DNA from: Tubulanus polymorphus
Taxonomy: Eukaryota; Animalia; Nemertea
Length of the DNA: 64,000 nt
Direction: 5' to 3'
Assembly (NCBI RefSeq): GCF_964204645.1
Contig: NC_134032.1
Span: 10,714,275 to 10,778,274, forward strand
Part shown: positions 36,601-50,240 of the stretch, in pieces
Layout: every line of letters begins with the position of its first letter
How positions within the stretch are numbered: the stretch's first letter is position 1
The notes under the pieces: generated by a model
The model's input: the letters and a program-made list of their open reading frames with translations, nothing else
Database searches by the model: none
Told to the model about the DNA's origin: nothing
Program-made: the position numbers and the translations under genes

Positions 36601-39600
36601 GGTATCCCCTGAACTGTACGTGATAATATGCTTCAACTTCGGTAATCCATCGTAATGTACAATCAACAACTGATTATCAGCTGAAATAAAACTTCATTTA
36701 GTTAACTTTCAGTTTTATCCAATACGGCCATCAGGCAGCCAGAGACGAAAGTTATGTAGACACAATGTATGATATTAGAAAATTGATTTACCATCGCAAG
36801 CCAAGTTTCTGAGCGCCAAACAAGCCTGACATTGAACCTGAAACAAAGACAAAACGGCATGTGTAATTGAATTGAACAGACCCTCAAAATACAGGCACAT
36901 AATTCAAGTCCAGGGTTATAACGGGGTTTTCCAATTTTCTTTTCCATTACTTTTCCATACCACTTCCTTATACCCAGATTATTAATCTTCCATAGCCCTT
37001 TTGCTAACCTAGAACAGGCAATGTCAAATAAGAGCCAATTATCAATACCATCGACAAAGTCTTTTCATAAAGATTGTGTTATTAAATGTTTAGTAAGACA
37101 TTTAGGCATACAGCCTAAAACTTCAAATAAGAAGGAAAATTTTATTTTGAGACCATTTCTGATTTTCCATACGTTTTCCACAGCTAGAGAAAAAACAGAA
37201 CAAAATTTCCATAGCTTTTCGAGTACCTGGAAAGAAATTCCCATTTTCCAAAGCTATCGAAAACTCGTAAGCACCCGGCAAGTCTGCTTATCGGCGGGAT
37301 AGATGACTTACCCATTCGGCCGGCGACATCAACAAATCTATGAGTTGTCGTAGTATGTCGTGTTGCCCGACGGCTACGATCATCGTGCGGTGTTTATTGT
37401 CGACGGCCAGGTTACTGATCGCCGCCGTGCAGTAGTACTGTATGTCGACGTCGCGACTGTTCTGAGCTTCGACCAGAATCGGCAACGCTCCATTCGATAC
37501 GAGCACCTCGCGATTCAATTCTAGAATGAGAACACAAATTTTAAGATACTCGAGACATCTAACAATCGTTCAAGGATATATGGGTTCAGTGGTTCGTTCT
37601 TCAGGGCTGCCAACCTCTGAAAAGTGCTATCAGTAACATACTGAATTTTCTTCAGTAACATTTCATTGAAATATGGAAGAAAATGTTCAAATAAATCAGC
37701 AATCAACAGTAAGACCCTCAGTAACATCTTTCATTTTTCGATAAGCATCAATCAAATCAAATCAGTATTTCTCATTATGGAATAGTAACGAATACTGAAG
37801 ATCAGGAATAATTGGCAGCTCTGGTTTTTTCTCTACGAATTGTAAGTTTAAATACTTAGTGTACGGGCGAGACTGTTGATCTCTGGAATTTTCACATTTT
37901 ATACACCCTTACAATTGGCTTTTTACATTTTTCACGATGAAATACTAGGATTTTTCGAATAATTTTTCCAGGTTTTTCACGCATTTTTTCACAAATGATT
38001 TCAAGGTATAAAAACATCAGTGGTTAGTCTGATCACAATGCAGGCAGTAAAATTACTTAAACATAAATTCTGAGCTACAAACAGCAATTCTGAGGTGTTT
38101 GAGGCATTAAAAGGGGATCAGAATATCTTGACAGTTACTTCTCTTCAATTTTTTTACAGATTTTTCGAATTTTTTGAGCAGACCTCCATTTTTCACAAAT
38201 TTTCACATGCATATTATTTCACCCTAATTTGACCCCTTTAGTGTTTAATTAGATACAGCTGGGGCTTCGAACAGCCAACTCCTATGAATAACCTTGAGAG
38301 ATGTTTATAAGTTATGCAAGCTCAGATATTTGTTCGCGAATTCAACTTTCCGCTCGTAATAAAACTGCGCAAAACAGACCTGGATGTACGAGATATAATG
38401 CTAGTTGTAAGTCAGCAGACGGATTGATCGCTCTTCTTTCTCAACCAGCTGCTGCGACATGATCGCTAGGCAACTGGATAATTCATTCAGTCACAGTGAC
38501 AAAGGTTAGATTTATATCGTTCTCGCATGTTTGAAATGAATGGTAGTCGTAGGGGGTGTCTTGAATGCCGGCGGCAGCGCACAGGTGTCCCGCGACTAGC
38601 GCGCAAGACATACACACATGATATCTGGGTTAATTATACACATACATCACAGATCAATAACAATGATTGACCATTACTTACATATAATACCATATGTCGA
38701 CATATGTAACAGAACGACCACTAGGATCGTCAGTACTTTTTGTAATGTAACATGTAATGAACCTTGTGAAAGTAGCACTTATTCGAAAATATACATTGAC
38801 ATAAAATGATTAGCCCATATCAGCAAACAATGACCCCAGAAGTTGTGTAATAACCCTTATTGTTATGCAATATCAGTCATGGAATTTCCTCGCTGCAAAC
38901 AATAGACCATTATGTACGCACTATCAAAACCTCAAAAGAAGATTGGGGCTGGTTAAATGGTGCTGATCAGTTATCTGTTCCAACTTTTTCAACAATTTAT
39001 ATATTCTAGAAATCAGTATCTAGACACCCACCAACCAATTCCCCTTCCTGAGAAGCTGCCAAATGGTTTTTTATTACTAACTCAAATATACTATAATAAC
39101 TGCGAACTTCATTGCCTTAGCAAGGAAGGCTTCACCAACTAAAGTTGCTTCCTCCAGTGGAAAAAATCGTGGATCTTAGTGTAAAAGTAGTTGAGGGCCC
39201 AGTTGCAGATGGGACTTGCAGTTCAAAATCGTGAGACTGGTCTTGAGTTGTTAGAATGGCTATAGAACGAAGATGGTCTCAAACTGGTCATCAATCTAAG
39301 CCACAGCTATGCGACTGCCAGCCAAGAGTTTCACAGGGCACGGGTCATTCGCTTGCAACGTTGAAGCGTAAACATTTTTCAAACCTCAATGTACTCTTAT
39401 CAGCACCATCTGGCGCGATTGGTGGATGGATTGCTGGCGTTCAATTTTCCCACTGAAACTGACTAGTAAATCTTATACAAAATGACAGGTGTTTCGCACA
39501 ACATATTGAAATAACCTATGGTTCTTCAGTTTACACAATAACGCGCGCTGTAGTAACCACGTGTGGTAGTATGCTGTTGTAGTGGTCGCATATTTTTCAA

Positions 39601-42600
39601 ATGTCTGGAAAGATGAATTAAAACAGCTTTCGAGAATTTATCGCTGATCTTACAATGACCAGGGGCTGTATGCAAAACATTTTCCAAATTTCCTCAACTT
39701 ACCCAAGTGAATTTTCGCCCATAAGAAGTTAGGTAAATCCTCAGCTCAGGGGTTCTTTTAATATCCCTTTTTATCGTAAGTATCAATCAATAGCACTTTT
39801 TAAAGTTAGGGACGCATTTTTTTCAAGGGAATACATGAAATTTGAGGGATCTTTTATGCCGAGTTGTTTTCTGCATAAGGCTCCAGGCCGCCTAACTATC
39901 TTACACAGAAGCCCCTTGTAGCTGTCTTCTAAGGTGAACCAAGAACCTGATGGGGTGAGAGGGTTCACCAAAAACCTATCGTGTCAGTTCTATACTCCCT
40001 GCTCTCCTACCACAGCTGTGAGTGGGTTCACCAAGAACTCATGCGTCTGTTCAAGTCAACGCACTCTCACCAAAGCTGTGAGGAGTTCACCAAGTGTTTT
40101 AGACACACTGCCATCGCGACGAGAAGGGTTCACTGAGAACTGGTCACCGAGTGTTGTAGTGTTGTCACACTCCCACTGCGACTTCCAAGAAGGGTTCACT
40201 CAGAACCAATAATCGAGTCTACAACCTTCCACAATGGAACGAACAGAACGAACTGTTTACACATCCGAAACCTATTTCAGACTCGAACTTCTGCCGAAGT
40301 TCTATTTACTCACCGAGATGACTGAGATTTAATACAGCGCCCATAGCGTTACGTTTCACTCGCGGTTCACTGGATTTCACTAGATTCAACAACGGCATCA
40401 CGGCTCCCGACATCGCGATCTCTTCTTTATAAATATCTAACGAGAAAAGAAGTTCGTTTATCGGGCGGAGTGAAATTTTTACGAATACATTTTCATCAAA
40501 GATCTAAGGGTTAAATTCGACAACCACGTTTCAGTTTTACGAAAAAACGAAAACTTAATCGATGCCTTAGCCAATTAGACTCCTCTCATTTACAGTGAGT
40601 GAACTCATTTATCAATTAATTTCTTAACTCAAAAGTTGGTAACTGGGTGCAGGGACCTCTGGACTACTTTCTCAAAGTAGCGTGTTTACCTTTGGTAGCT
40701 AGCGTGGTAAGACAGGCGCACGTATGACACTGAATCTCGACATCAGCCGACGACAACAGATTCACCAACGGTTCAAGAGCTCCACATGCGACAACTACCA
40801 CTTTATTACGCTCTACAAAAAAGAAACAATGCAACTTACATATTACTCATAGTCTTGGGGTTGATTTTGATCTCGAAATAGCGAATTGCGCCTCTAACCT
40901 ATTTGATTGATTTCCATTTGATTTATGTCCCTGCTTGCCGGGAATAAAGCGCGGTGTTTTGGGGCTGGTTTTAACCGCACGGCTAGTCGCTCAGTTGAGG
41001 CTTAGATTCAAGACCAGTATCAGACCGCAGGGGCGGATCCAGGGGGACTCTTGAGACTTGACAAGTCCATCAATTTTTTGTCCTTATCATTTTGTCTTCT
41101 ATATATAACTGGTGCATTTCACGTCGGGAATACACCTACGTAATATTACCTTTTACGCACAACAGTGACAAGCGCTTCAAAATTGGCCCCCGAGTTGGGA
41201 AGAGTACTATTGCCTTTTTAAAGATCGAAGTGCCCTTTTGGGACCTGATCTTCAAAATTGGCCTCTGGATCCGCCCCTGGACAGGCTAATAATTCTATAG
41301 CCAATAAGACCAGCCCTGAGAAATATCACGGTGATTGCCAAACTGTACTCAAGCGCTGATTTCATACGTCGATCTACAAATTTTTACGTTTTCAATTCGT
41401 CCATGCAACTGGCCCTGAGATTTTTTTCGGAAAGGGATCGAAGTTCTTTTAGCATACAGTAGGGATGTTTTGAGGGGAAGTTTGGCCTGTCAGCTCACCT
41501 GGGCCATTAAGAGTGAAGTTACAAACGGTCAACGACGCGGCTCGCAGAACTTGTAAGTCTTTACACTGCAATAACGCAATCAACGGCTCCATCATATCTT
41601 CAGTAAGAGGTGTACGCACTGAAATACAGAACATTACAGAGTAATTTTATTTTGCTGTCTTAAGCTTCCTAAATCACAGTTAAGACTTCGATTAAAACTA
41701 GGCTAAACTCATTTCAGTTTGATAATTGATCCAAAAAATTTATCTCAATTGGTAGGAAAGCTTCTTAGTTCTCAGGACTTAGGTTTGGAGGAATATACAA
41801 TCCTAGAACCCAGTTTCGTGTTAGAAATTGCTCGGCCGGGCCGTGCAAGAGCACCCTTGTACCAAGGGCTCGATTTTAACTGTATCACATGCAACCCACT
41901 AAAATTTATAGGTTACCATTATTTCGAAAAAAAATCAAAAAGGTACCATATGTTGTCGTTGTAAAAAATCTTTTCGAAATCAGCATCATGAAATTCAGGT
42001 TAAAATGTGGGTAGATGCTATCTATCATGAAAACACAATAAGATGAAACGTGTTTTTGAAATGTTGTTTGCCTACATTACTGCGTATTATTATTTCTGAT
42101 CATTCTACCTGGTTAGTTCCCCGGGCTTACACCCTATCCAAATTAACAGTGGCCTTATAATTCTACCTCTATTCGCACAATCAAGTTCTCCGGATGACGA
42201 TCCCAAATTTCAACCATAATTCTATCATTATTCAAAATCTATCTAAGTCGAGCCAAGTCTGTCAATCACGAACGATGAAACCAGGAGGTTGACAGCACTC
42301 AAATTTTTATCATGAGCTCATTTTAGAAATCATTCCCAAATAGAAACCACAATTTTTCAGCAATCAAGCGCACGGATCAGATTCTGATTGCCGAACTCAT
42401 TTTGTATATTTTTTTTCATACCTTTACAAGTGACTTCTTTCAAAACTTCAATCACAGATTTTTTACATTTTTTTCCAGATAATTTTTTCATAATTTTTCG
42501 TGTCAAGGTACATACAATAGATGGCTACCGATCACAATATGGATTGAAAACTTTAAAACAGTGTGTGCATAAATTCTATGCACCATAAGAAGGGAATTTA

Positions 42601-44268
42601 ACCATTTCGACGGTCACTTGACTTAAATTTTTCATAGATTTTTCGCACTTTTCTCCCACAATTTCTTAAAACAGACATACATTTTTCACAAGTTTTCACT
42701 AAGCTATGACCCATGCAGATAAAATTGTTTAACAGAGTGTAACGTCTGAACTACAAGTAACAGTGTAACCCTAGTGGGTCTTAAGAGTCGGCCAGGGCCT
42801 TTTTAGGCGGGGCAAGGGCATTTGGTTGTTATGACTCACAACCCGCAAGTTAGCCGAGCTTAGTCCATGTATACGTCTCGACAGCCATGGCCAGAGGAGG
42901 TTTCGAACCACGGACCTCTCGGTTCCCAGTCTTCGACTTAACCAACTGAGCTAACCGCGCAGGAATAACGACGACCTACTCGTCGATTGATACGTACTCT
43001 TAGCGCTGATCTCCGCGAAACAAAGCGACGCCGAACGTTGCAATTCCACGTTGTCGGAATACGTCAGAATGCACAGAGCGTGCAGACGTTCGTCGTTAAT
43101 ACTCGGCTGACCGCTACGATCTGAAAAACGAGACAAAAGTTCAATTTCCCATTTTCCAAAGGCATCTTCCGAGGCAAAACTCGAACTAGCGCATCTTCTC
43201 GGAGGATATGGATGCGGTATTATTCATGACCTTCATAAATATGTGCTGTTGGAAAAAATTATTCGACAAATATCGTCCGACCGCTGAGCGCCACTCGTCG
43301 CAATAATTAAGTCTCAAGAAGTTTAAGGTCTCTTTTTCTCCTCAACCCGCTGAGCGCCACTCCTTACACAGGGTCCCTACAGACTTACCCTACATTTCTC
43401 CTGGATAAGAGACAATTTCAAGAAAATGTTTCCATCACTTTCATATCCCAATTACTGTAGACTCATCCTAAATCGGTACTGTTTATCTCAGTAAACCGGT
43501 AATTCGGTCATTTTTATCCTTTACACAAACCAACCTCGGTTTCTAATTCGGGAACCGTCTAATTGGGTAACAAAAAGATCCTGGTTCCAACTGGTTTAGG
43601 CGTTGTCTACCATAAAACTACAAACATTTCTATTCACGATTCTCTAAATCGAAGTTTTAAATGAGTTTTGGGCATTTTCCTCAAATAAGAGGAGTTTTGG
43701 GCAATTTTCTTAGATTAAAGGAGTTTCCAAAAGAAAGTTTTAAAAAAGCATTTTCAGTTAAGAAGGAGTTTTTAAGGAATCTAGGAGTGGCAGGGTTTCC
43801 TTACAGGGCATTATCAACAGGCTCAAGGTCTCTTTCTTCCAACAAGGGAAGAGGCCAGAAAGGAACCTTCCACCAAGAAACTCGGCGGAGCACCTAGAAT
43901 CAAACCGATGGAACCCAAGATTGACGAGAGCCAAAAACGTGAATTTCTTTTCCATGAAAAAACTCACCTGAATCTAAATATTTCAACAAACTGTTGACGG
44001 CTTCGCGTTCCGTGTCCGACAACGAAATCTCGTCCAATTCGTGGTTAAAGCGGCCGTTCGTAGAGGGCGCCGGCACGCAGCCGCACGTCACCACGCACAA
44101 ACAATACCCGAGCAACTTGCGCAGAAACGTCAGAACCTCGTCCAGCAAACGCGGTTTCTCGTCGTCCGTCCGACCGGCGGCGAGCGAGTGCTCGTGGCAC
44201 GGTCTGGCGTTGATGATGACAGCCCGAGGCGTCGCGTCCAAAGCGTAGTAGTTACCAGTGTCCGTCAT
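33668..44268 (-). CDS. VAC8: Vacuolar protein 8 (Vac8)-like armadillo-repeat protein, 13 coding exons, 609 aa
   Basis: Exons 44268-43968, 43120-42998, 41618-41499, 40812-40690, 40436-40314, 37520-37312, 36837-36792, 36680-36547, 35342-35217, 35120-34991, 34705-34571, 34424-34299, 33801-33668. GT-AG, phase-consistent, 1830 nt. Collinear with yeast Vac8 motifs as I recall them: EREAVNSLLKYL, YSDNVELQRSASLCFAEI, RVKRNAMGAVLNLSH, DIQYYCTAAISNLAVD, VQCQACLALRNLA, HIALWTLLHL. Candidate polyA signal at 31972 and candidate 5' UTR donor near 48577. Confidence 0.9.
34725..34920. repeat. Short-period tandem repeat (aagaaagggaacttcatc)
   Basis: About 8 copies of a 20-25-bp unit in a VAC8-like intron. 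Confidence 0.85.
36297..36472. repeat. (GGGA/GGCA)n compound microsatellite, G-quadruplex-prone
   Basis: Direct reading; explains the spurious REGG/RQAG ORFs. Confidence 0.95.
41028..41279. mobile_element. MITE with caggggcggatcca / tggatccgcccctg TIRs, nested in a GGCCAGTTGC-family MITE
   Basis: 14-bp perfect TIRs. Relatives at about 34025-34200, 45612-45958 and 58414-58659. Confidence 0.8.
42720..42960 (-). mobile_element. tRNA-derived SINE
   Basis: Minus strand reads GCGCGGTTAGCTCAGTTGGTTAAG...GAGGTCCGTGGTTCGAAACC (Pol III A and B boxes). Acceptor and anticodon stems do not pair properly, and a ~170-nt non-tRNA body follows. Confidence 0.75.
43450..43760 (+). repeat. Dispersed repeat shared with about 19710-20000
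   Basis: attac..tagactc.t.ctaaatcggtactgtttatctcagtaaacc and downstream blocks occur in introns of two different genes. Confidence 0.7.
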
Positions 44269-47200
44269 CGTCGACTCACTCAAACATACAATCCGTTTTC
44301 TACAAAATAGAAAAAAAAATCCATAATTATGAAGAAAAATCCGTAGGCGACAAACAGTTCTCGGGCTCAAACTCCAAAATTACCAAGCGTTAGTTCCAAT
44401 TGCATTTTGGATATGTCGTAGGGCCAATAGCTAAATAAAAAATTTGTGTCAAGACAACCTTCCTAAAACCTTCAAAGTTCCTCAGTTATTTCATCATATC
44501 ATATCATTATTTACCATCGAAGAAGGCCACAGGCCTATATACGGACAGCCTCTTAGTTTTTGTATCTAAAAACTAAACTTCTATATCTATCTTTTATATC
44601 GTTTTTAAGTCTTTTGTGAAGAAGCTACTTGAGGTTTTAAGGTCACGTCACTGAAAAACAATCATTCTGCTTCAGATCAAGCATCAGCAAGATCGACCCA
44701 CCTATCAACGAACTGAAAGGCAGACAGACAGACTGGGAGAGAAGCTCGAGAACCAACTATTTTCGTACACGTGACCTGGCTACCTTATCTACTTCAGTAC
44801 GGTGGGCGGAACTGAATTGAAACGAATTTCAGGGGACCAGAAAATCTATTCGTTGTAACTGATGGTTCACCGTTATATCCCGTATGAAATTCTAGCTACG
44901 TAATAGGCCTAACTGTTAAATCTGAGTTCGTTATACATCGACAAGTTCCACTAAGTAGTTTTGCCCTTAATTCGACATCTGAATCACAGTAGTTCAACCG
45001 AAAATGAACTAGAAACTAATCTCGTTTTCGTCATGTTCATTAAAAATATTTCTACGAGTAGTCGCGCTCTTAAAAGAAAATCTCTCAAAAATAAGTGCGG
45101 CAGTCAAGTCTGGTATTGGTAATTGCACCAAAAAATAAAACCAGATTTCCTTTCTTCGTTCATTGCCCAGAATAAATTGAATAATATATTTGTAATAGTA
45201 ATAGTGTATATTTGGAAAGCCTACTGTGCCCAATTAAATAATGCGTATTCTGGTCTGCTTTTTCCATGGAAAACTATATTCGCTCTACTTGGAAAGTCAA
45301 ATCCAACTGAGCTTGTGTTTATAATAAAGAGCATGTAATATTACTCAGTAATGTAGATTGGTCAAGAGTTGTACGGTATTGTCAAATACTTAGTGAGATT
45401 TTGTGGAATAAAGCAGTCTTTCAAATTTTTACTCAATTAAGATTGACTGTCTCTAACACGATTAAGTAGAGATTGGTCAAGAGTCATCGTCAAATACTGA
45501 GTAAGACTTGGATTTCCTACTTAGTGACTGCCTCTTACTCGATAGAGTAGAGATTTGCCAAGAGATATTGTCAAATACTGAGTAAAAATTTTTGAAATTA
45601 AGCGGCTCTTCCAAGGGCGGATCTAGACGGGAGCACATGCTCCTGTCGCAAATTCTGAGTGCCCTTTTTGAAAAAAGTGCAAAAAAATTTTTAATTCTAT
45701 AAAGTTCATTATCACATTGTTTCCATATTAATAAATTCCCATCTCTTAAAGAATTGTTGCAGAATGTCATTTTTGTGTCTCAGGTGCCTGGAAATTGCAT
45801 TAAAATGGATTGAAATTCAAAAATTTTCTGGGGGATGCCCAGACCCCAGCGAACGCTTCGCACCCGGCGCTCGCCTGTCATGGATAGTGCCTTTTCTTAT
45901 GAATTGCCATTTTTTAATTCTGTGCTCCTGTCATTGTCTGCCTCTAGATCCGCCCCTATCTTCAATTCTTTACTCGGTAAAGTTGAAAATGTTCTTCCTG
46001 ATTTGGTTTTCCAACTTAGTCGGTGTGACTGCCTCTTACTCAATAGAGTAGAGATTTGCCAAGAGTTATTGTCAAATACCGAGTAAGAGTTTGTGAACTA
46101 AAGTAGCTCTTTACTTCTTACTCGGTAAAGTTTAAACTGGTAAAATCTTCTCACGGAGTTGGTAGCCCTTCTCAGTATGAGTTAGAGAGATAAAGTAGCT
46201 CTTACTCTTTAATTGTTCAGGCACCGGGAGTTGGTTTCAAATACCGAGTAACCAGTTATATTAGTTCAATCAAACAATGTATACCAACGATTTCGATTCA
46301 ATTGTTAATTCGTTTAGCGTGTGAACAGCTGCGCGGGTCCGCGTCTGGAGCAGATGATGTTTTTACAAGCAGACAACATCAATATTGTCATCGACCAATC
46401 GGATTTATTACTACTGTTAAATACGCGTATAGAAAAGGCCCAGAGCTCATAAGGATCGCACGATCCGTAATCGAAAGAAGCCATGAAAAAAAATTCTTAA
46501 TCACACAGTGGTAAGCCAAGAACTAGATAAAATTGCACAGTCTTAGACTACCAGGTGCAAAATCAGTCTAAGAACGAGTTGGTTATGCACTGTAGCCGAT
46601 CTAATAACTTAAGACCAGTCTATAAGTTCATTTTAGTTCTATCGCCAATCTAAACAACTTGGGCCTTGCGACCAGTCTCAGCCCATTTTGATTCTATAGC
46701 CAATCTTGACTAATCTAAGCTCATTTTGGTTCTATAACCGATCAAAATACTTGGAACCAGTCTAAGCCCATTTTTGATTCTATAACCAATCTAGACTAAT
46801 CTCAGCTCATTTTGGTTCTATAACCAATCAAACAACTTGGAACCAATCTAAGCTCAATCTGGTTCTATAGCTAATCTAGACCAGTCTAAGCTCATTTTGG
46901 TTCTATAGCCAATCTAGAGCAGTCCGAGCTCACTTTGGTTGTAGGCCTATATCCAACCATCTAAGACCATTCAAAGCTATTTTGGACCTATAACCAATCT
47001 ACAACTGAAGACCAGCATTTTGGCCTCTCACAACTTAGGTGGATGCCAGATTTGGTACCAGGGAGACTTTCAAGCACACTTTGATTGAATGATGACTTCG
47101 AGATAAGAGCAGGCTAAGGACAAGACTAGGCTAAGTTCCATGATATCTATCATCCTATTAAGCAAATTCAACTAGGCCTAATTAAGACTGATCTAATAAT

Positions 47201-48942
47201 CTAAGCCAATTCTAACATAAACCTGAGACAGCTATTTTAATAAGCCAGCCCTCCAGGGTTTCTCCAGTAAGGTGTCGAGATGCTAAAATACGCAATCTAG
47301 ACATAATAAAACGGCATAACCGACAAAACCATATCAATCGAAAAATATATGTAGGCCCCTTGTGTGTATGTATAATGGAAATTATTAACTATGTCGATCA
47401 AGAAAATTAGAACACGTTATTGAAAATGGCATCGACTTTTTAGATAAATCAAACTGACAAGTGAGACCAGTTATAAACAAAGAACCAATGCTTGATCCAC
47501 TTGAAAGGCGCGTAAAAATAGGTGACACTATGTTTTTTGTTCTAATATAAGGTCTTTATTATTTAGCTGATGAACTGGCAAACACAAGATCTTAGGATGT
47601 TGTCAATTTTTTTTTCAAGGCAAATTAGTTAGATCAGACAGAAAGATTAAAGATACAATTTTCTACACAATTTTGCCTGCATATTAAAGAAACAGCCCCT
47701 TCCTTATTTTTTTTCCGAGGCAACATTGTGGCCTTTTTTACGTTGATGAGCCTATAAATAATCTGAGTTACAGGCCTACATAAAAAATTGACGATCTCAC
47801 AGAAGTCTTCTTAGACCTGCTGTATTTACCCCTTATTTTGATATCAATCTATTAGCGATAAAATCTTGTTTGATCAGAAATATCAGAAGATTGACCAATT
47901 TGGTTAGTACTAATAATCAATAAAATCTTATTTTGATGGGAATGGACATATCTTGAAAACCCTGTAACAAAATGAGCTGACATTTTCAGCATCTCCATAT
48001 TCCATCTAATACTCTATATTGAGAAAGTTTAGACCATACCCATAATTGTCAGAATTTTGGTCAATGGAACTCTATATTGGTTTAATAATTCAAAAGAAAA
48101 TAGCTAATTTCGGACAAAAATACCGGGTACATATTTTTGTCCAAAGGTACCCAAACATTTGTACATTATATCTCAAACTTAAACCAAAAGATTTCAGGAT
48201 ATAATTGATTTTAATAATCAGATTCTATTCTAATAGAACCATCAAATTTCATCAAATGAAATAAATTCTATCGGTGAAATATGCAATGAAAGCCATAATT
48301 AATGGCCACAATCATTTTATCGAATACCAGACTGCCAATTATCACGATTACATAAAAATCCCAATAATAATTTCAATTGATCGGGTATCGATTACGGAGA
48401 CAAAGCATTTTGCCAGCCTTGGCAAGCGAGTTTTCCCTAGATCCAGGTAGTGCTACGTACGTTCCTTGTTTGTTGAAAATGAAAATGTTTAAAATGTTCA
48501 TTTCCAATAAACCATATCAACAGCGAATATTTAGGCACGGTTTTTACTGCATATCGCGATATGGAATGCCCGCTTACCTTGAACTGGAGAGAGCTCGAGT
48601 GACAGCGATCCGAAATGCTTGAATACTGGATTGAATCTAGCTGCGATCAGAACCCGGGACTGCCAACTCGACGCGACCGCTAAACCACTACCGTACGATG
48701 GCGACGACTAGCGGTCATAATGATCACTAGCCGTCATTTGTCAGTAGGCTCGAATCCCATCGATGAAGAGGTTTTAGTTCTCCGGACTAGGTTCCTGTAC
48801 TATTGCGTCACTGTCACTATGGCTTCCTCATTTGAAACGCATTGAGATGCAACGCGTCCTAAATCCTGCAACTATTTTTTACGAATTCAAAACTTTCTGG
48901 TGGGATAATTTCTAAGAGCACAGTAGAGTACCCAGGCCCACA

Positions 48943-50240
48943 GGGGAGTTCCAGGAAGATTTAAAAAAAGCTTTTATTTCAAATGTCGGAGTCTTGGTAG
49001 CAAAACAGTGCTAAACGGTTTCATTTTGTGATATTGTTTGTGTTTTACTTCATCGAAAAGCTAACTGCTTGACCCTGGCTTGGGCCACGGACACGTTGAG
49101 CATGCGCATAAGCCAGGCCGAATAAGGGTTTTAGACAATTTTAAAACTTCAGCACATTCAAAATGCAATTTTCGGGAACTTGTGACGAGCAGGTGGAATT
49201 ACCTGCTCTATCGGAGTTATCGGAAAGTTATCAGAAAAGTAATCGGAGTTAGGCCTATCAGAAAAATTTAAAAAATATTGCCGCTATTTTTCAAAAGGGC
49301 ACGGGACTCGGAATTGCGACGGGGGCACGCGTGCTCCGTGTGCTCCCGGCTGTATCGCCATTGACCTGTAATTTGTTCACAGTAGAGTTATTCTTTCGAG
49401 TAGAATCGCGGCGAGACAAAAAATCAAAATGAGAAGGCCTTACATCAGAAATCACGTGAAAGACAACGGCGGTTATGAATACGAATTTTGAATTTCTAAC
49501 GGGTTTTCCATCGCATTTCACAAACCACTGCTCACGTAGCAAACTCGTGATTTTCTCTTTTTTTCTGAATGCGCGTGCGCAAATATTTCAGATTTAAAAA
49601 AACTAGAACAAAATGAAAAATTGTCTGCGTCTTTGGAAAAATACAATCGGGTAAAAATAGCAACCCGACCCGCGCGCACCGCCACCCCACGCTATAAAAG
49701 ATCCGCCAGAATTTCGAATGTCAAATTATTACTTTAACGGTAACACCGACCTCATCCCCGCTCGATAAACCTGCAGGACTGAATTTTGCGGCCTCAACCT
49801 CTCCGACCGATTTAGCTTCGCTAACATTATTAGTCGGCCGTCGTTAAAAATGATGATGTTACCGGTAAGTCAAAAATTTATTACAATTTCCCTATTCGAT
49901 TTGTGTTGATTTTTTTTGGGGGAATAGCACGCAAGAGTAGAATTTGTGTAAAAATCTTTGTGGTCAAAAGTTTGAAAAATACGGTAGACACTGTCTCTTA
50001 CAGCGGTCAAAGTTGAAATTGTTGAAGTCATACCCGTTTTGCGTCAAATACATTGAGAAAGATTTTTGGACTTCGCTTTCTTGGGATTCCATTTAGGATG
50101 GTGGCACCTTCCCTCCTCGTATTAGGTCTCACGTTGGATGCGGTTCCGATGAAGCTTGGCCCAGCGGAATAAGTGCCGGCTCTCAATCACCGGGTTTTCT
50201 GGGTATTTTACTGCCACAATTCTGCAGGTGGAATGTCCCC
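48943..50240 (+). promoter_or_regulatory. IL-17-like promoter: TATA box plus NF-kB-like sites
   Basis: TATAAAAG at 49693, ~155 nt before the ATG. kB-like GGGGAGTTCC (48943), GGGTTTTCC (49501) and GGAATGTCCCC (50230, intron). Confidence 0.55.

Noticed and set aside
42889-42960. tRNA gene
   Set aside because: A and B boxes are present, but acceptor and anticodon stems do not pair and a non-tRNA body follows; better explained as a SINE head.
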